DNA of 64,000 nt from positions 124,001 through 188,000 of the IMG/VR virus record IMGVR_UViG_3300046542_000227; one strand, 5' to 3'. The position numbers and the translations under genes are program-made. The notes below the pieces were generated by a model, which did no database searches, was not told the DNA's origin, and saw nothing but the letters and a program-made list of their open reading frames with translations. Shown here in pieces: positions 58,273 through 64,000 of this stretch (positions are counted from its first letter, which is position 1; the number at the start of each line of letters is the position of its first letter).

Positions 58273-58644
58273 ATGCAACTGGAAGATCGCGTACAAAACA
58301 ATTTGATCCGTCTGGCTACTGAGGACTTCGGGGTTATCTTGGCTCCGGTCTTTGAACGTGTCGGTAAGCGGGCTTTCAACATCGCTAGCTACCCACCGAA
58401 GATGGCCAACAACGATGAGTGGTTCGGTCAGGGTATCTACATTGATCGTCGCTTCGGTACCCGTTACGCGGTCCTGGAAATGGATGACCACTTCCTTATC
58501 TACAATGCTGGCGTGAATACGCGAATGTATCGCCAAGACAAACTGGGCCTCCAGTACCACCTACCCATCCATGCGACCACTGTCACCATGCGTGCTGATG
58601 AGTTCATTCCTGCTGTCAAGAAGCTGAATGAGAAGTACGCCTGA
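58273..58644 (+). CDS. Hypothetical protein
   Basis: ~123 aa ORF after a hairpin at ~58222. Confidence 0.6.
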   Translation: MQLEDRVQNNLIRLATEDFGVILAPVFERVGKRAFNIASYPPKMANNDEWFGQGIYIDRRFGTRYAVLEMDDHFLIYNAGVNTRMYRQDKLGLQYHLPIHATTVTMRADEFIPAVKKLNEKYA

Positions 58645-58677
58645 ATACCTTCTATCTACAGTAACAAGGATTAGCCA

Positions 58678-59538
58678 ATGCAATTCTCAATGAATGGTAA
58701 AGTTTCCGCATCCATTGCTGACATGCTCGATATTCCTGCAGGTCGGGTTACGTTTACCGATCGATCCAGTCCTTACCTGCGTGGTGGTTCCCTTAACCAT
58801 GGTTTGCGCCGCGATGAGCTGCCGGTACTGACTAGCCTTCGGGTTGGCCATGGTGGGCATGTTACGGGTTCTTGGGGTAGCACCAAGATTCAGAATGCCA
58901 GTTATTCCGGCATGCGGTTGCCCATGGGTAACTACATGGGTAAGTCTATGGCTAGCTGGTATTACAGAGAGCCTATGTTCAGAGGTATGGCTGATCTGGC
59001 TGTGGCGCTCCACCACTGTAAATACCTGTCGGTGAATGTCTCACAGTTACGCCTTACACCGCTGATCTTCGTGCATGAGTTGTTGTCGATACATAACAAC
59101 TTCGTCATGCACCACGCGCGCAACGTAGGCAAGTCATGGTCCATTCAACGGATGCTGGGGATGCTCCAGCGGGGTTTGGTAAGCGTGCCGATGTGGTCTA
59201 CTCTGTTCGAGCGGTCAGAGTTCAGTTCGGACTACCTGCCTGAGTCCTACCGCAAAGCTAGATCACGGTTTAGCTGGATGTCAGACATACACTTCGGGTC
59301 ATTCGACAGTAGCCTTTACCCTGAGTATGGTGGATATGTCTTGTGTGATTCGATCACCCAGTATGACTACATGTCGATATTCCCGGAGCGTGGACTGCCA
59401 GTAACGTCCGAGTGTCTGCGTCGCAAGATCTACGGCGCATCTATCCCTGCTAAGCGTAGTAAAAAGAAACCAGTAGAACCCCGCGTGTTGTTCCCATCGC
59501 AGACCCCTGCTCAGATCTCTGCTTGGGTAAACCGTTAA
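58678..59538 (+). CDS. Basic hypothetical protein
   Basis: 286 aa, AAGGA RBS, ends at a palindromic hairpin. Confidence 0.55.
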   Translation: MQFSMNGKVSASIADMLDIPAGRVTFTDRSSPYLRGGSLNHGLRRDELPVLTSLRVGHGGHVTGSWGSTKIQNASYSGMRLPMGNYMGKSMASWYYREPMFRGMADLAVALHHCKYLSVNVSQLRLTPLIFVHELLSIHNNFVMHHARNVGKSWSIQRMLGMLQRGLVSVPMWSTLFERSEFSSDYLPESYRKARSRFSWMSDIHFGSFDSSLYPEYGGYVLCDSITQYDYMSIFPERGLPVTSECLRRKIYGASIPAKRSKKKPVEPRVLFPSQTPAQISAWVNR

Positions 59539-59574
59539 ACGGCATAAAGCCCTCCCGTAATGGGAGGGCCTATG

Positions 59575-60651
59575 TCAACTCACCATCTTCAATACTTGCT
59601 CGACTTGTTGCTTGTAGATACGTGCCAGTTCAGGATCACCAATCGTACCGACGGTGTTATCCCACTTAGCCTCCAACAAAGCAATCTTGATTTTACCCAG
59701 CGCAGCGCCATCGGTCCGGTTAGATGTAAGCACCTGACTGACCAGATACTTCACGTAAGGTAATCGGGCGAGAATGATCGCCCATTCATTTTGCCGTGTC
59801 ACAGGATCCTTAGGAATCCCTGCGGTATGGAACAGGTTATCTCCAGACAGCACCGGGGTTGACCATGCCAGTTGTTCGATGTCTTCGCTACGATGAGCAG
59901 AGGCACCATTCACCACTGTACACACCCGGTCAATCCGTGGAGCCATGTCAGTAAGATAGAAAGGATGCGCAATCGGGAAGTTGGGAGTACCAATTCCCTG
60001 AGCTGCCCGCGCCAGTCTATTAAAGAAGGCAATGTCCAGATAGCTATCAATCGCATTCGGTAACACGAACCCACCGATAAAACGATAGACGGTATCTTTA
60101 GGACCACCCTGAGGAACATGATGACGCAACCAATGGCGATACATCACCGCCAACATCGGAACGTTCAACGACGCTACCCCGTAACCTTTACCCGGGGTTT
60201 TGTTGTTCATGATCGGCAGGTTGAGATCTGTCCGCGAATGGTAGAGGTAACGGAACGGTTGCAGTTCACGCCACGTCTGTTTGAGGTTGCTGGTATCGAA
60301 GCTTTCAGTGTTGGCAATAATGACCTCACTGGTAGCCTCACCCAACGTCACCCCACCGACGTGTGCTTTACCCTTACTAATAGAAGAGGTCATGCCGAAC
60401 GCTTTGATCAAGGGATCACAAACGTCCTCGACCATGGCTGCGAATGCACGGTCGTCCAAATCCATGCGCATGTGAATATGCAGAAGGATGTTGCCAAGGA
60501 TGTTCTTGCCGTCGACCTGTTTGGGGTTACGACGGTAGTAGGACTTGACATCCTCCAGCATTCCCACGTAGCTACGCCGAACGTAGATCAGATCGGGGAA
60601 TACATAGGGACTCGTCTTTCGGGACGGTACCCCTTTGAAGAGATCGTACAT
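59575..60651 (-). CDS. Conserved phiKZ-family protein (gp52-like by position)
   Basis: 358 aa, divergent from the chimallin locus. Confidence 0.65.
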   Translation of the reverse strand: MYDLFKGVPSRKTSPYVFPDLIYVRRSYVGMLEDVKSYYRRNPKQVDGKNILGNILLHIHMRMDLDDRAFAAMVEDVCDPLIKAFGMTSSISKGKAHVGGVTLGEATSEVIIANTESFDTSNLKQTWRELQPFRYLYHSRTDLNLPIMNNKTPGKGYGVASLNVPMLAVMYRHWLRHHVPQGGPKDTVYRFIGGFVLPNAIDSYLDIAFFNRLARAAQGIGTPNFPIAHPFYLTDMAPRIDRVCTVVNGASAHRSEDIEQLAWSTPVLSGDNLFHTAGIPKDPVTRQNEWAIILARLPYVKYLVSQVLTSNRTDGAALGKIKIALLEAKWDNTVGTIGDPELARIYKQQVEQVLKMVS

Positions 60652-60730
60652 GACTAAATCCCGAATGAAAAATAATTAACCACTATATCATCGTTGTGTA
60701 ATTGAACCTGTAATAGCTAAGGAGCTAGTA

Positions 60731-60883
60731 GTGAGTACTCTGTCTTTGGAAGAACGTGTAGCCATCGCCGCTGACAAGGGAGCGCAGATCGCTACCGAAG
60801 ACTGGACCGGTTCGGAAGAAGGAAAAGCTGAGCTTGGCTCCTTCCTGGATTCCCTCGACGTTCCTCGTGAAAAGGAAGACTGA
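60731..60883 (+). CDS. Candidate 50-aa acidic microprotein (not in ORF track)
   Basis: Early promoter at 60683, AAGGAG RBS, GTG start: MSTLSLEERVAIAADKGAQIATEDWTGSEEGKAELGSFLDSLDVPREKED. Confidence 0.6.
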   Translation: MSTLSLEERVAIAADKGAQIATEDWTGSEEGKAELGSFLDSLDVPREKED

Positions 60884-61094
60884 AAAAAGAATTACACGTC
60901 GTAGTGTATAGTATGTGAACTAGCATATGGTTCATCGCACCTTTGGTGTATGTTCCTATGCTGCCGACATTTAGGTCTTTTTACCTACCCCACAGAAAAG
61001 TGGAATTAAAAATACCTGAAGCCTATATCACGTAGAAGAATAACCGCAATCGGTTACGCTTACGTATATACCCAACCAAAAGGAAACAAGAGTC

Positions 61095-62969
61095 ATGGCA
61101 ATTCAAGACGAAGAGAATGGCGCACAAAACAACGGCCAGCAATCGGCTCCGGGCACCATGGGTACTCAGAACCCGTACAACGGCACTGCTGAACAGTCTC
61201 AGGCCCGCGCCACTCACCTCGGTGATGTGAACAGCCTGCTGGCTCGTGGCGGTAAAGCCGATAACACCGAAGGCCGCTCCGGCGAACTGCTGACCGCTCT
61301 GACCCTGAACGGTAAAGAAGCAGTTGCAGCTCAGAACCTGACCCCGGACTTCGAACTGGTTCGCTTCGATCGCGATCAACATCGCGTCGGCGTCGGTGCC
61401 ATCCTGGTACTGCGTGCGTACCGTAAAGGTGCCGATACCTACATCGCTGTTCGCCCACTGCTGGTCGACAACAAGCAGGTTTCGCTCAAGCCTCGCATCC
61501 TGACCATCGGTCAAGAGCGCCTGGAAATCCCTACCTACGTCGCCGACGTACTGTCCGACGAATACTGGAACCGTATCACTCGCCACGTGCAAGACCACGT
61601 TGCCAACCCGAAGGCGATCGTCGCCAACGCTGGCTACCTGGAAGTACCGAGCGACTTCGACGTGTCCGACAAGAACTCGGCCGACGTTACCAAGCTGTTG
61701 TCCGTATCGGTCAACCGCTGCGACGACGTGCTGGCTCGCGTTAACGGCGAAACGCCTTTCAACATCGCTGTCTTCAAAGCAGCGAACGAAGTGCTGACCG
61801 CCAAGCTGGACTTCTCCGGTACTCCGCGCACTGACCTGTTCGGCCAACCGATCCGTTCCGACATCCAGGTGTCCATGAACCGCAGCATCCGCGGCAACGC
61901 TGAAGCTGATCCGTTCTACGACGCTGACACCCAGTTCTCCTCGGTGAGCTGCTACGTCAACCTGGAATACGCACCGGCCAACGCCCCACAAGGCTACGCT
62001 CCGGCTGCCGTAATGGAAACTCAGCTGTTCACCCCGACCATCGTCATCACCGACGTACGTCAGGCCAGCTGGATCGGCGCCAACACGCCTGAGCTGTACT
62101 TCCTGGCTCTGTCCAACGCCTACCGCACTACCGCTGGTACTGCATGGGCCGGCAGCCTGCTGCCAGACGTTGCCAAGAAAGACGACCCACGCGACATCGG
62201 TGCTCTGACCTACCTGACCAAGGACGCGAAGAAGACCAAAACCAAAACCGATACCTTCACCCCGGCTCACTTCGGTGAACTGATGTTCATGCTGGTTCGT
62301 CCTAACCCGACGTTCCTGATCGACATCAACCCGGTCGGCGAAAACTCGGCAATCGAAAACGTCCTGCTGATGGCGGCCAGCGATGGTCCGAACCGTGAGC
62401 GCGCCGTAGCGATCCTGGTATCGAGCCTCAACAACCTGACCGCTGGCCACTTCAGCCAGATCTTCGACCACACCAAGCACCACTTGATCCGCATGTACGG
62501 CACCGACGTACACCGCGGCTACTACCTGGACGCACGCGAAGATCGTCACGATCTCCGTGACCTGGGCACGCTGGAAGCGCTGAACGCATCGGGTGGCAAC
62601 ATCCAAGAGTTCATCGCCTACTACCGTACCATGTGCGACCAAGCGATCCACCCGGAAATCCGCCTCAAGCAGCGCGTCGGTTACGAGCGTCAGTACCTGA
62701 GCCAGAACCTGGTGATCCGCGGCAAGTACCACCGTCTGGTCTGGACTCCTGAGTTCATCCTGGCGCTGGACAATGCGGTTAAAGCTGCAGGCGTATCCGT
62801 CGACGTGGAAAACGTGAGCACCGTTTACGGTTCTCAGCGCTTCACCGGCAACACTGCTGTTACTCAGTTCGCTGTGGCTCAACAAGCACAGTACGGCCTG
62901 GGTGCCAACGCAGGTCAGGGCGGCTACGGTCTCCCAGGCGGCGCCGGTGCTGGTACCATGATGTACTAA
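61095..62969 (+). CDS. chmA: Chimallin, phage nucleus shell protein (phiKZ gp54 / 201phi2-1 gp105-like)
   Basis: 624 aa, own early promoter and terminator, strongest codon bias in the window, directly upstream of the nvRNAP beta-prime gene; assignment mainly by size and synteny. Confidence 0.85.
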   Translation: MAIQDEENGAQNNGQQSAPGTMGTQNPYNGTAEQSQARATHLGDVNSLLARGGKADNTEGRSGELLTALTLNGKEAVAAQNLTPDFELVRFDRDQHRVGVGAILVLRAYRKGADTYIAVRPLLVDNKQVSLKPRILTIGQERLEIPTYVADVLSDEYWNRITRHVQDHVANPKAIVANAGYLEVPSDFDVSDKNSADVTKLLSVSVNRCDDVLARVNGETPFNIAVFKAANEVLTAKLDFSGTPRTDLFGQPIRSDIQVSMNRSIRGNAEADPFYDADTQFSSVSCYVNLEYAPANAPQGYAPAAVMETQLFTPTIVITDVRQASWIGANTPELYFLALSNAYRTTAGTAWAGSLLPDVAKKDDPRDIGALTYLTKDAKKTKTKTDTFTPAHFGELMFMLVRPNPTFLIDINPVGENSAIENVLLMAASDGPNRERAVAILVSSLNNLTAGHFSQIFDHTKHHLIRMYGTDVHRGYYLDAREDRHDLRDLGTLEALNASGGNIQEFIAYYRTMCDQAIHPEIRLKQRVGYERQYLSQNLVIRGKYHRLVWTPEFILALDNAVKAAGVSVDVENVSTVYGSQRFTGNTAVTQFAVAQQAQYGLGANAGQGGYGLPGGAGAGTMMY

Positions 62970-62990
62970 GTACCAGACCACGGTAATAAA

Positions 62991-63023
62991 GAGAGGACCT
63001 TCGGGTCCTCTCTCTCTTTTTTT
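62991..63023 (+). terminator. Intrinsic terminator after chmA
   Basis: GAGAGGACC-TTCG-GGTCCTCTC followed by a T7 tract. Confidence 0.85.
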
Positions 63024-63048
63024 GCCCTCCGACACAAAAGGACCAAGT

Positions 63049-64000
63049 ATGGGTGTTAGCCTACAGTGCGTCGATCACGATCAGGTGTTCAATAACCTCC
63101 CTTACGAACCTTTGATGGTGAGCTCTCTTGATACTTCCACTCCCGAGAAGTTGATTGAGTTCAAACGCCATATTTACAGTCACTACAACAACAGCGATAC
63201 GATTGAGGAATCGGCTGCTTGTACCTGTAAAAAGATCACTGATGTTGAGAAGATCGGTACCTTTTGCCCGGATTGCCACACTAAGGTGGAAGGCAGCAAC
63301 GAGCGTCCTATCGTACCGTCAATGTGGATGGAAGCGCCAGAAGGCGTAACCAGTCTGATCAGTCCACACCTGTGGATTATTCTGGACAGCAACACCACGA
63401 CGAAGGAGTTTAACTTCCTTCGCTATCTGACTGACACCAAATACAAGTTCGTGTTCGAACGCTTGAGCTCTAAAGAGACCAAGCGCAAGGTTGAGAAGTT
63501 GTTGGCACAGAACTTTGAACGTGGCCTCAACGCGTTCATCCGTGACTTCGATCGCATCATCGAGTTCTTCTTTCAAGCGAACATTATCGACAAGAACAAA
63601 GCCGAACTGGCAGCGTTCATCGGTAACAACAAAAAGGCCTTCTTCCCGCAAGTGCTACCACTGCCATCGCGGGTGTGTATGGTGGTTGAATCCACCACCA
63701 GCGGTACCTACATCGATAAGCCAATCCTCCTTGCGGTGGACGCTGCTTTGTCGATGGCTTCTATTGGGTCAACCAGCTTTAAGCTGAAGTCCATTGAAGT
63801 TCAGAACATCACCGCTCAGTCGATTGCGACCCTGAGCATGTTCCACCAGATTTATGACAAGGAGCGCCTGGCGCGTAAGCCTGGTCTGATTCGCCGACAT
63901 GTGTTGGCCAGCAGCCTGTATCTCACAGGCCGTAACGTGATCACCTCGATCTCGAAGCCACACAACTACGAGCAGATCGAACTGCCGTGGGGGATGGCGG
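63049..64000 (+). CDS. Non-virion RNA polymerase beta-prime N-terminal subunit (phiKZ gp55-like), 3'-truncated
   Basis: Open from ATG 63049 to the window end (read by hand); CTC...CPDC zinc ribbon and RKPGLIRRHV...GRNVIT matching beta-prime GKxGRFR...GRSVI. Confidence 0.88.
   Translation, partial: MGVSLQCVDHDQVFNNLPYEPLMVSSLDTSTPEKLIEFKRHIYSHYNNSDTIEESAACTCKKITDVEKIGTFCPDCHTKVEGSNERPIVPSMWMEAPEGVTSLISPHLWIILDSNTTTKEFNFLRYLTDTKYKFVFERLSSKETKRKVEKLLAQNFERGLNAFIRDFDRIIEFFFQANIIDKNKAELAAFIGNNKKAFFPQVLPLPSRVCMVVESTTSGTYIDKPILLAVDAALSMASIGSTSFKLKSIEVQNITAQSIATLSMFHQIYDKERLARKPGLIRRHVLASSLYLTGRNVITSISKPHNYEQIELPWGMA

Noticed and set aside
61023-63035. 670-aa antisense ORF over chimallin; likewise 38804-40837, 33314-35008, 21046-22674, 48094-49404, 19656-20789, 16773-17786 and 24662-25603
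   Set aside because: They are exact antisense shadows of genes with strong codon bias, which removes stops from the opposite frame; no RBS or protein motifs
63155-63963. Short ORF-track calls in this interval
   Set aside because: All overlap the continuous nvRNAP reading frame starting at 63049, which the track missed because it has no stop in the window
1-64000. CRISPR array, rRNA, integrase, transposase, reverse transcriptase
   Set aside because: No regularly spaced direct repeats or diagnostic motifs seen; the recurrent hairpins are dispersed, not arrayed

Overview
Segment of a nucleus-forming, phiKZ-related jumbo phage genome (Chimalliviridae-like), probably infecting Pseudomonas (host is inference, e.g. 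from a PL7 alginate-lyase-like gene). Recognisable core genes: NAD-dependent DNA ligase, class Ia ribonucleotide reductase (nrdB/nrdA), DHFR, large terminase, phiKZ gp26/27/28-like structural block, tail sheath and tube, gp32-like protein, tubulin PhuZ, family-B DNA polymerase subunit, probable chimallin and a 3'-truncated non-virion RNA polymerase beta-prime subunit. phiKZ gene-number assignments rest on size, motifs and synteny from memory, not on a database search. Plus-strand clusters of small early genes, most behind a CTATATYRY-N6-GAWW motif, alternate with minus-strand late/structural islands, and the junctions carry a family of palindromic hairpins. Best leads: two ~200-240 nt structured non-coding RNA candidates, a palindromic RCATA...TATGY element family, an orphan QueC-like gene plus an ATP-grasp ligase next to phuZ, four dispersed head-protein paralogues with protease propeptides flanking a lipase-like gene, a Hint-like insertion in NrdA, and several microproteins missing from the ORF track. 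No tRNA, rRNA or CRISPR array was found.
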